Of a stretch of 64,000 nt of DNA, positions 55,642 to 64,000 are shown in pieces; position 1 is the stretch's first letter, and each line of letters opens with the position of its first letter. The position numbers and the translations under genes were made by a program. A model generated the notes under the pieces. It saw nothing but the letters and a program-made list of their open reading frames with translations. It did not search any database and had not been told where the DNA came from. The DNA comes from an uncultured delta proteobacterium (lineage in GTDB: Bacteria > Desulfobacterota > Binatia > UBA9968): contig CAVUZH010000024.1 of assembly GCA_963745835.1 (NCBI GenBank), forward strand, positions 320,001 to 384,000, read 5' to 3'.

Positions 55642-56121
55642 ATGCGTATGAAACTGTTAGTAACTTCGTTTCTCTTGTTGATTGGATGTACAACGGTCCA
55701 GAATATAAGTCCGCCTCCTATCGCTGTACCCGCGGGTTTGACAGAAAATGATGTAAAGCTAGCGATTTTGATGGCAATTGCGAACCGGTCAGTCCCGCCC
55801 AAATTAGCTCATGGTGAAGTCGTCACGGATGGAGTTGTAAAAGCATTGTTTCAACAAAATGCCGATCCGCCGCGCAGAGATTCCTGGCACCTGGAAGGCA
55901 TGGAATCAAGCGTGATCTATGCTGGATACGAAAATAGGGAGCGTTCCATGAACGTTGCCGTGCGTTACGATGAGCGGACAGTGACAATGGAAATACTTGA
56001 CAGCCGGAGGCTGAAACAAAGCGACGACAGAATTCACAAGCGGGCTTTTGCCTTGCTTAAACCCCTGGAACATCGTGTGCAAGCTGCGCTTAGAACTATC
56101 GCCCGCCGGGACGTATCGTGA
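55642..56121 (+). CDS. putative lipoprotein
   Basis: GGAGG RBS; lipobox LLIGC. Confidence 0.65.
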   Translation: MRMKLLVTSFLLLIGCTTVQNISPPPIAVPAGLTENDVKLAILMAIANRSVPPKLAHGEVVTDGVVKALFQQNADPPRRDSWHLEGMESSVIYAGYENRERSMNVAVRYDERTVTMEILDSRRLKQSDDRIHKRAFALLKPLEHRVQAALRTIARRDVS

Positions 56122-56352
56122 ATGTCGACCGAAGCGACCGCGACAGCTATTAAGAATCGCCGAACCCTGCCGGTCACCACGGACTCTGTGGCGGTCAGGT
56201 ACTGCAATGCCACACCAATATCTATCAATGAGATGCCTTGCTGCGACCCGGAGAAAGCTAACCCGGAAGAGCTTGTATTGAACTGTATAAATCCACATCG
56301 CTGTGTCTAATAATCGCAGAAATCCCCATCGATTCGCCAATCTAGAGCGGCG

Positions 56353-56380
56353 GGAACTTTTTCCGAACCGGGCCGTCTAA
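56353..56380 (+). promoter_or_regulatory. ECF (sigmaE-type) promoter, probably autoregulatory
   Basis: GGAACTT-N15-GTCTAA, 14 nt upstream of the ECF sigma ATG. Confidence 0.75.
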
Positions 56381-56394
56381 TACTAAACAAGTCC

Positions 56395-56971
56395 ATGCTC
56401 GCAGACGGGATAGGTGACGCGGAATGCGTCAAGCGCGTTCAACGGGGCGACACCGAATCCTTCGAGATTTTGGTGCGGCGGCACCAGAAAGCGACTTTCA
56501 ACCTGATTTACCGGTTTTTGGGAGATTACGATGAAGCCGCGGAGATCGCGCAGGAAGTGTTTCTTTCCGCATTACAAGTCGATCCATCAGTTTCGCGGCG
56601 ATGCCCATTTTTCCACGTGGCTGTATCGGATCGCCTTTAATCACGCCAGCACCCGTCGCAAAAGCTTGAACAACAAACTACACCGCGATCTTGTCTTTGA
56701 TGGCACGGAAGTTTTGGCCGACGGCGCCATCGATCCTGCAACGAGCGCGGAGCGGAAAGAAGTTCAACAATGCGTCCAGCGGGCGCTCAACAACCTCGAT
56801 CCTGACGATGCGCAGATTATTCTACTCCGGGATCTACAAGATGTTCCCTATGAAGAGATCGCTGCAACGCTTGATGTCCCTGTTGGCACGGTGAAGTCCA
56901 GACTGCACCGCGCGCGACAAGCGCTTAAATCCAGCCTTTCACCTTATTTTACTGATTGGAAATCGACATGA
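56395..56971 (+). CDS. ECF sigma factor, RpoE-like (frameshift near 56570)
   Basis: AQEVF, FSTWLYRIA.N and YEEIA.TL..P.GTVKSRLHRAR. Confidence 0.9.
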
Positions 56972-58218
56972 ATTGCTTAGAGGCGGAGAAGAATTTCGCG
57001 GCGCTATTGGATGATAGCCTCGATCATGAACGGCTCCGCGAGATAAAAGATCATCTCAACGCCTGTTCACGGTGCAGTGAAGAGTTAACCGGCCTTGCTG
57101 AATCTCAACGACTCGTGAAGGGTTTGCCGCCGGTTGAGCCGCCGCTCGGCTTCACAACCCGGGTAATGGCAGAAGTTCGTGAAACAGCACATCGGCCCAC
57201 TCTCTGGCAGCGGCTGTTTTTATCTTTCCCAACCAAGCTTCCCCTGCAGGGTATGGCCGTGGTTTTGATAAGCGTGCTCGCCGCTTACCTTTATCAGACA
57301 GAGTCTGATCACGGCGAGCCAGCGAGAACGGCGCCGCCTGCGAGCTCGTTCCAAAATCGAGAAGAAACCGACAGATCGCCGTCATCCCCGGCGCAAGCGC
57401 CTGCAGTTGAATCGAAGGCGCAGGTCGCCGACGAGGCAGGAGCGCAGGGACGAAGAGAAAAACGTTCATCAGCACCAGAACAGCCTCGCTCACTTTCCGA
57501 ACCACAAGAGCAGAATAAAAACATCGACGGCATAAAGTCCGGCGCTGCGGCCATGGCGCCTGCTAGCCCCGCTCTCACCACTCCACAGCCGAATGAAAAA
57601 TCGTCGTCGGGCGATGAAGCTGCTTCAGCTCGACTGGAGCAGTCCTTACCCTCCGGAAGAGCTCAGGCGAAAGGAGGTCCGCCGCCGGGTTCCCTTCAAG
57701 GCAGTGATACTGCGTTGAAAGACGCAACCCCGACCGCAAAATCGCCCGCTTCCAGCGATCTGCTGGAGAAACGGGCCGCCCCATCATTAGATGCTCTCAG
57801 GTCCGCCGCTGCTCTCTCCCCGAATCACGAGTTGACGCTGCGTCTCAAGGAGTCCGCGCGCGATGACAAGAACACAGCCGCGCGACCGCAGTTGGAACGC
57901 TTCCAATCAGAACCGCAAACATCGACGTCCGGGGCAGAATTCAAAGAACTCGAGCAGGCGCGACAGCGCGCAATTAAAACCGGTCAGCCACAAACTCTGT
58001 GGACCACTATCCCTTCCGGCCAATACGACAGGTTCAAGAGCGAACTTGCCGGCTTTGGGAACATCGAGAGCGAATTGCCGCCGCCAGCCCCTGAGAAGGA
58101 TGCTGTGTCAAAATCGTCTGATCAACTTCGGATCAAAGTAACTATTCTCCCGCCGCTGCCTCAGCCGAGGTCCCTTCAAGCCGCTAGCAAACTCCCGCTG
58201 AAAAAAGCGCGGCTGTAG
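56968..58218 (+). CDS. ZAS zinc-finger anti-sigma factor with TM segment
   Basis: H...C..C (HLNACSRC), one TM helix, long low-complexity periplasmic part. Confidence 0.8.
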   Translation: MNCLEAEKNFAALLDDSLDHERLREIKDHLNACSRCSEELTGLAESQRLVKGLPPVEPPLGFTTRVMAEVRETAHRPTLWQRLFLSFPTKLPLQGMAVVLISVLAAYLYQTESDHGEPARTAPPASSFQNREETDRSPSSPAQAPAVESKAQVADEAGAQGRREKRSSAPEQPRSLSEPQEQNKNIDGIKSGAAAMAPASPALTTPQPNEKSSSGDEAASARLEQSLPSGRAQAKGGPPPGSLQGSDTALKDATPTAKSPASSDLLEKRAAPSLDALRSAAALSPNHELTLRLKESARDDKNTAARPQLERFQSEPQTSTSGAEFKELEQARQRAIKTGQPQTLWTTIPSGQYDRFKSELAGFGNIESELPPPAPEKDAVSKSSDQLRIKVTILPPLPQPRSLQAASKLPLKKARL

Positions 58219-58231
58219 AGCGCAAGGCAGA

Positions 58232-58362
58232 ATCCTCGTGATCGTGTCCGTGAACACGTGATCGAGAACTCCAAACGAACACGAACACGCGAGCACGAAC
58301 CGCGAATCGGGGCGCAGTCGAGCAAGCGCAACGAAGCATATGAGTGTTTTTCAGCAGCCTGC
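58232..58362 (+). repeat. interspersed CACGAA-rich repeat, copy 2, with a MITE-like right end
   Basis: Matches 33025-33107; ends TTTTCAGCAGCCTGC. Confidence 0.8.
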
Positions 58363-58450
58363 TCGCCGAGGAACATTTTCCTCCCTGGCGAAGTCTAATC
58401 AAGGAAATCGCAACGGCGGAAGTTCATGATCCGCCTTAGGAGGAAGCACA

Positions 58451-59905
58451 ATGCGAATACGCACCAAAAGCATACTACAATTGTCAGCCCTGGCTTTGAC
58501 TACGCTTCTTGCGCCGGGAGCGGAGTGGCGCAGGTTTGGCTATGCAGCCGGTCCTGCCGAACTCTCGAATCTTGCAACCAGCCTCAATGACCAGGAGGCG
58601 GTTTCGATCACCGTCTATAATAGCAACATCGGTTTGGTCAAAGACGCCAGACGGCTCACCTTGCCCAATGGCATTACGCAGCTAAAGTTCGGCGAAGTCG
58701 CGGCCAAAATTATGCCGCACACCGTGCATATTAAATCGCTGAGTGATCCCGCCGGCTTAAAAATTCTCGAACAGAACTACGAATACGATCTGCTGACGCC
58801 GCAGAAGCTACTTGAAAAGTTCGTCGGCAAGGAGATCACGATCCTCAAAGACAGCGTGGAAGTTCCAATCACGATTCTGAGCGTGAATCAGGGTATCGTT
58901 TACAGACTGGGCGGGCGTATCTTTACCGGACAGCCGCACAATCTGATCTTTCCCAACATTCCCAACAACCTCATCTCCCATCCGACCCTGGTTTGGTTAT
59001 TGGAAAACCGCGGCACAGCGCCGCATAAGATGGAGGCAACCTATCTCACCGCAGGCATCAGTTGGCGGGCCGATTACGTCGCCGTTCTCGACAGTAAAGA
59101 TAAGCTCCTGGACCTTTCGGGGTGGGTGACCTTGGACAATCAAAGCGGCGCGAGTTATCAAAACGCCCGCCTCAAGCTCGTCGCCGGCGACGTCAATCGG
59201 GTTATAGAACAGCGCGGCGCGGCAGATGCCGTGCGCGCATTGGCGGAATTATCGGCAAAGCCGGCTGCCGCTCCGTTTACCGAAGAGTCATTCTTCGAAT
59301 ACCACCTTTACAGTCTGCAGAGAGCCACGACGATCAAGGAGAACCAGACCAAACAGGTCAGCCTCCTATCAGCGACTGGCGTTCCCATCGCCAAGCGCTA
59401 TCTCTATCGTGGTTCACAACAATATCTTCGGGCCAGGCATGGCGCGCCGGTCTCGACCGAGAAGATCGGTGTTTACGTCGATATCGCCAACAAGAAAGAA
59501 CAAAACTTAGGCATGCCTCTGCCAAAAGGCATCGTACGAGTCTACAAAGCAGATAACGACGGCAGCCTGCAATTTATCGGCGAAGACCGCATCGATCACA
59601 CGCCGAAAGACGAGACGATCAAGATCAAGATGGGCAACGCCTTTGACATCGTCGGCCAGCGCAAGCAGACCGATTGGCGCAAGATCGCTGACAACGTTTA
59701 CGAGGCAGCCTTCGAGGTCAGCTTACGTAATCACAAGGAGGAAGCGGTCACCGTGAACGTCGTCGAGCCGATGCTATCGGACTGGGAAATTCTGAGCAGT
59801 TCTCACACTCACAAGAAAACTGACGCTCACACCGCTCAGTTCGATTTGCCTGTGGCGAAAAACGGTGAGACCAAATTGCAGTATCGGGTGCGATACAAGT
59901 TCTAG
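58451..59905 (+). CDS. DUF4139/DUF4140 family secreted protein
   Basis: ITVYN....LVKD.R, EQNYEYDL, YLT.GISW.ADY and GEDRIDHTP. Confidence 0.85.
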   Translation: MRIRTKSILQLSALALTTLLAPGAEWRRFGYAAGPAELSNLATSLNDQEAVSITVYNSNIGLVKDARRLTLPNGITQLKFGEVAAKIMPHTVHIKSLSDPAGLKILEQNYEYDLLTPQKLLEKFVGKEITILKDSVEVPITILSVNQGIVYRLGGRIFTGQPHNLIFPNIPNNLISHPTLVWLLENRGTAPHKMEATYLTAGISWRADYVAVLDSKDKLLDLSGWVTLDNQSGASYQNARLKLVAGDVNRVIEQRGAADAVRALAELSAKPAAAPFTEESFFEYHLYSLQRATTIKENQTKQVSLLSATGVPIAKRYLYRGSQQYLRARHGAPVSTEKIGVYVDIANKKEQNLGMPLPKGIVRVYKADNDGSLQFIGEDRIDHTPKDETIKIKMGNAFDIVGQRKQTDWRKIADNVYEAAFEVSLRNHKEEAVTVNVVEPMLSDWEILSSSHTHKKTDAHTAQFDLPVAKNGETKLQYRVRYKF

Positions 59906-59996
59906 CAGGCTGCCGAATGCTCGTGATCGTGTCCGTGCAAACGTGATCGAAACCCAGAACCAACACGAACACGGTAGCACGAACACGAATGGGGGA
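59906..59996 (+). repeat. interspersed CACGAA-rich repeat, copy 3
   Basis: CAGGCTGCC...CTCGTGATCGTGTCCGTGCAAACGTGATCGA...CACGAACACG. Confidence 0.75.
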
Positions 59997-60699
59997 GCCT
60001 CCCACTGGGGTCCAACACTCACGCAGGCAGGCCCAGGTCTCACAATTCGCTCTTTGCCGAAAATCTTCAATTTCCCTCTCGCCATTCCATCAAAATAATT
60101 CTCATTGACAGTCGCTCGATGATGGTGCGATAAGCAGACAACGATATAGCCACTTTCAGCGCTATCATCTCCAGAATGCCGAGGCTCTTCTGAAAATAGA
60201 GACCAAGGACGCTCTCCCGCCAGACCAAGAAGCGAATCAAATTTACTATGGTTGGTAGTCAAACCGATACATCGAGTTGTCTTTCGGCCGATTAAATTCC
60301 GAGCGACTGAAAGAGATTTCTCTATTAGTTTCAGTGCGCCGGCGCTGCCTATGAGATTGGTGGGCGGTGGCCTCTCGATTGCTGAAGAAATCTTTTAGCT
60401 CAGCAATGCCTATCAATTCGCTCGACAGTAAGCGTCAATAGAGTTATTCGGAGGTGATCGTATTGGCGGCCGACGATGTTGTTTAAATTGCTCCTCTAAC
60501 GTGGTCGCAAACTAACACTAAGTAAAACATTCCGGCTGACGCTGCTCAGGCTGCAATCCTTACTCTCCCCATTTCCATTTGGGCCCGATTGGTTTCTAAC
60601 CGGTCGGGCCCTTTTTAGTTTGAGCTACTAATGGACGCCAGTTTGGAGAAAACGAAGAGAAGTATTCCTATTTTTGGGTCCTGCACCAAGGCGGAGAAG

Positions 60700-61708
60700 G
60701 TGACCACAAGAATAATCACTCGCCCGTTGTCAGCAGTCAGCCTTGCTATGGGCGTTTTGCTGTTTCCGCTTTGCATATCCGCTCGCGCGCAGCAGCCGGA
60801 CGAAAGTCCCCCGGATAGGATACCTAACTGCTACCTCCCCTTCCGCTGATCGCGGCCCGCACCGAGGCATTCCGGCAGGGTCTGCGCGAGCTTGGGTACG
60901 TGGAGGGAAAAAACATTGTCATTGAGTATCGATATGCAGAGGGAAAAGCTCGATCGCCTCCCCGCCCTCGCAGCCGAGCTAGTGCGTCTCAAGGTAGACG
61001 TCATCGTCACGAGCTGGTCCGACAGCAACCCGTGCCGCCAAGGAAGCAACAACCACGATTCCCATCGTCATGACGCAGGATAACGATCCTGTTGGCAACG
61101 GGTTCGTCGCCAGCCTGGCGCGGCCTGGCGGGAACATCACTGGATTGTCAACCCTTGCCCCGGAGATAAGCGGAAAACAACTGGAGCTTCTGAAGGAGAT
61201 CGTTCCTAGGCTCTCCCGCGTGGCCGTCTTCGGGACTTCGACCGACCCGGGCAACGCACAAGCGTTAAGAGAGACGGAACTCGCCGCAGGGGCGTTCGGA
61301 GTGAAGCTTCAATACCTGGACGTACTAGGTCCCAAGGATATTGAGACTGCATTCCGAGCCGCAAGCAAGGGGCGTGCTGACGCAGTCCTCGTGCTGGCGG
61401 GCCGCGTCCTCATTTCTCACCGAACACAGATTGCAGAACTCGCGGTAAAGAGCCGGCTCCCGGCGATATACGGCAGAGCCAGAATATGTGGAAGCCGGTG
61501 GGCTTATGACCTACGGCGTGAGCTTCACCGACTTGGACCGGCGCGCCGCCACGTACGTGGACAAGATCCTGAAAGGCGCCAAGCCGGCCGACTGCCGGTG
61601 GAGCAGCCGACGAAGTTCGAGTTCGTCATCAATCTGAAAGCCGCCAAGCAGATCGGCCTGACGATTCCGCCGAATGTGCTGGCGCGAGCGGACAAGGTAA
61701 TCAAATGA
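60700..61708 (+). CDS. ABC substrate-binding protein (ABC_sub_bind family; frameshifts)
   Basis: [11 protein letters not shown] and [23 protein letters not shown]. Confidence 0.85.
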
Positions 61709-62691
61709 GATTGAGGCGCGGAGTCATTCATTTCGGTCTACTTGCGATGCTCTTGTCGCTGAGCTTTCCGATCGAGGCGCAGGAGCCGGCAAAGCTAGTA
61801 AAGATTGGGTTTCTTGGAGCCGGCCCCAGTTCGCGGCCCTGGCATGAGTCGTTCCAGCGCGAGTTCCGGAAACTCGGATATGTCGACGGGAAGAACGTAA
61901 CCTTTATCCATCGCTTCGCCGATACCAAGTACGAGCGACTTCCCGCTCTGGCTGATGAGCTAGTTCGGCTCGAGGTTGACGTGATCATCACGCCAGGTTC
62001 GAATGACACCCGCGCGGCCAAAAATGCAACCAAGTCGATCCCCGTCGTTTTCTTGGGAGCAGGGTCTGATCCCGTTACTCTTGGACTGGTTGACAGCCTT
62101 GCACGGCCCGGCGGAAACCTAACGGGAGTCAGCTCTATTGCATCCGCCTTAGCCGGTAAGCGATTGGAGTTGCTAAAGGAAACGGTTCCCAAGCTCTCCC
62201 GTATCGCGATGCTGTGGAATCCGCAGAATGCGGGATCTTTGCAGGTGTGGAAAGAAAGCGAACTGCCGGCAAAGGAACTGTCTCTGCAACTTCATTCCAT
62301 GGCAATAAACAGTACGGATGAACTGGAGAGCGGTTTCAAAGATGCAGTTAAGGTACATAGCGGAGCTCTCGCCGTGACAGCAGGCGCATTGCTCAGCACC
62401 TATCGAGAGCAAATCGTAGACCTTGCGGTAAAAAATCGGCTGCCGGCTATAGCCGGCGGAAGAGAATTCGTCGCTAAGGGGGGGTTGATGTCCTATGGAC
62501 CCGACCCGATTGAACCGTACCAGCGGGCGGCAGTGATGGTTGACAAAATCCTAAGGGGAGCCAAACCCGCTGACCTGCCCATCGAGCAACCCACGAAGTT
62601 TGAGTTGGTGATCAACCTGAAGACGGCGAAGCAGATCGGCCTAACGATTCCGGCCAATGTGCTGGCGCGGGCGGAAAGGGTGATCAAGTGA
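61705..62691 (+). CDS. ABC substrate-binding protein (ABC_sub_bind family), tandem paralog
   Basis: Same motifs as the preceding gene; intact ORF. Confidence 0.9.
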   Translation: MRLRRGVIHFGLLAMLLSLSFPIEAQEPAKLVKIGFLGAGPSSRPWHESFQREFRKLGYVDGKNVTFIHRFADTKYERLPALADELVRLEVDVIITPGSNDTRAAKNATKSIPVVFLGAGSDPVTLGLVDSLARPGGNLTGVSSIASALAGKRLELLKETVPKLSRIAMLWNPQNAGSLQVWKESELPAKELSLQLHSMAINSTDELESGFKDAVKVHSGALAVTAGALLSTYREQIVDLAVKNRLPAIAGGREFVAKGGLMSYGPDPIEPYQRAAVMVDKILRGAKPADLPIEQPTKFELVINLKTAKQIGLTIPANVLARAERVIK

Positions 62692-62895
62692 TTTGTGCCC
62701 AAAGGATCATGCGGTTTAGCTATAGCTTTCCAGCTCAGGCGCAGCGCCCGAAGAAAGTTCGTCGCAATAGTAGACGGCAACTTCTAACAGCGGCACCAAA
62801 CTACACCTGGGATATGGTGGCATCGACCTACAATAAATTGTGGCAACGTTTTCTGAGAATGTTCGTTAAGGTGGTCTCATAAACAGGAGGAAACC

Positions 62896-64000
62896 ATGCT
62901 TGTCGCCATCGCTATTTTTATTGCTGTCGCTACCGGCACCGCGCATGCCGATACTGTCACAGACTGGAACCAGACTGCGATCGAAATCATGAAAGTTGCG
63001 GGGTCTGGCCAACCCTTGGTCACGCACCTTGGCGATGATGCATGTTGCGATGTCCGATGCGATCAATTCAGTACAAGGCCGCTACACGCGTTATGTGGCG
63101 ACAATTCCTTTCGTGCCGAGCGCCTCAGCCGAAGCCGCGGCCGCGGCGGCCCGCAGCAAATTCTGCTCCAGCTGTTATCCCAATCAAAAAGCTATTATCA
63201 ACGAGGCATATGCGACATCAATCAAGGCCATTCCCGAAGGTCCCGCAAAGAGTCAGGTGTAACACTAGGCGAAGAGATCGCAGCGGCAGTTCAGGCCGAT
63301 CGCTGCGGCCGATGGGACGAAGTGGCTGACACATATCGGCCGATCACCAGCCCCGGTGTCTGGGTGCCGACCACGCTACCCTTGTTTGCGCAGTACGCGC
63401 AGGCAAAACCATGGGTACTCAATAGCGCCGACCAATTCCGGCCTGGTCCCCCGCCTGCGCTGACGAGCGAGCAGTATGCCCGCGATTACAACGAGACGAA
63501 AACCATAGGCGGCGTCAAAAGCAATGCGCGCACGCCGGAGCAGACCGAGGCGGTGAAGTTTTGGACCCAAGCCAATCTCGGCCCTTCGTGGCAGGCAGCC
63601 GCGCGCGAGCTCTCGGCGGCGAAAAAACTGAGCCTCGCCGAGAGTGCACGCCTGTTTGCGTTACTTAACATGGGCATTGCGAATACGTTCATCAACGACT
63701 GGGATGCTAAGTTCACGTACAATTTCTGGCGCCCAATAACCGCGATCCGGAATGGTGATACCGATGGCAACGCAGCAACCGAGCGAGAGGCCGGTTGGAC
63801 CCCATTAAACGCGACGCCGATGCATCCGGAATACCCGTCCCAAGCAGCAATTATCTGCGGGTTGGCCGTGCGCATTCTGGAGCCGGTTTTCGGGCCCAAC
63901 CCGGCTGTTCGCATCGTTGCTACAGATCGTTGCGAACCCTACCCTCAGGCGGGAGTTCACCAGTATTGCGGCAGCTGGCCGAGGAGCACGAAAACGTGCG
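62896..64000 (+). CDS. vanadium haloperoxidase/PAP2-superfamily secreted protein (frameshifted, runs off the window)
   Basis: AGGAGG RBS; DTVTDWN, KFTYNFWRPITAIR and P.HPEYPS motifs. Confidence 0.75.
   Translation, partial: MLVAIAIFIAVATGTAHADTVTDWNQTAIEIMKVAGSGQPLVTHLGDDACCDVRCDQFSTRPLHALCGDNSFRAERLSRSRGRGGPQQILLQLLSQSKSYYQRGICDINQGHSRRSRKESGVTLGEEIAAAVQADRCGRWDEVADTYRPITSPGVWVPTTLPLFAQYAQAKPWVLNSADQFRPGPPPALTSEQYARDYNETKTIGGVKSNARTPEQTEAVKFWTQANLGPSWQAAARELSAAKKLSLAESARLFALLNMGIANTFINDWDAKFTYNFWRPITAIRNGDTDGNAATEREAGWTPLNATPMHPEYPSQAAIICGLAVRILEPVFGPNPAVRIVATDRCEPYPQAGVHQYCGSWPRSTKTC

Overview
This is bacterial chromosomal DNA of about 55-60% GC. Its gene repertoire (many ABC and Bug substrate-binding proteins and amidohydrolases) suggests a Binatia/Deltaproteobacteria-like organism, which is an inference. 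Single-base indels are frequent, even in housekeeping genes (purA, addAB, ggt), and are treated as assembly errors. The window has three parts. (1) 0.4-6.8 kb is an accretion hotspot: an alpha/beta-hydrolase gene is followed by small cargo modules (MNT-HEPN and HigBA toxin-antitoxin pairs, a CBM21-like protein, a chagasin/papain pair) separated by partial copies of the hydrolase's own 3' region. (2) 6.9-27.8 kb is the main candidate novel system, a roughly 19 kb minus-strand gene run behind a sigma54 promoter and an orphan sigma54 activator. It opens with a virus-like structural module: a transglutaminase-like Cys enzyme, Tyr/Gly-rich low-complexity proteins, and beta-rich proteins resembling the two single-jelly-roll capsid families of tailless viruses. 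It continues with unrelated enzymes (M35-like and other zincins, a beta-lactamase-like hydrolase, OmpA-like proteins), several of which share an N-terminal MY-x(n)-LG(E/Q) leader. No packaging ATPase, integrase or replication gene is recognisable, so a domesticated capsid-derived protein compartment or effector particle is proposed. The fold assignment rests on recalled motifs, not a database search. (3) 28.8-64 kb is core and accessory metabolism: a ZTP riboswitch ahead of an aminotransferase-serA-purA run, ggt, addBA, an RT-deleted group IIC intron, an ECF sigma/anti-sigma/DUF4139 cluster, transporters and a haloperoxidase-like gene.
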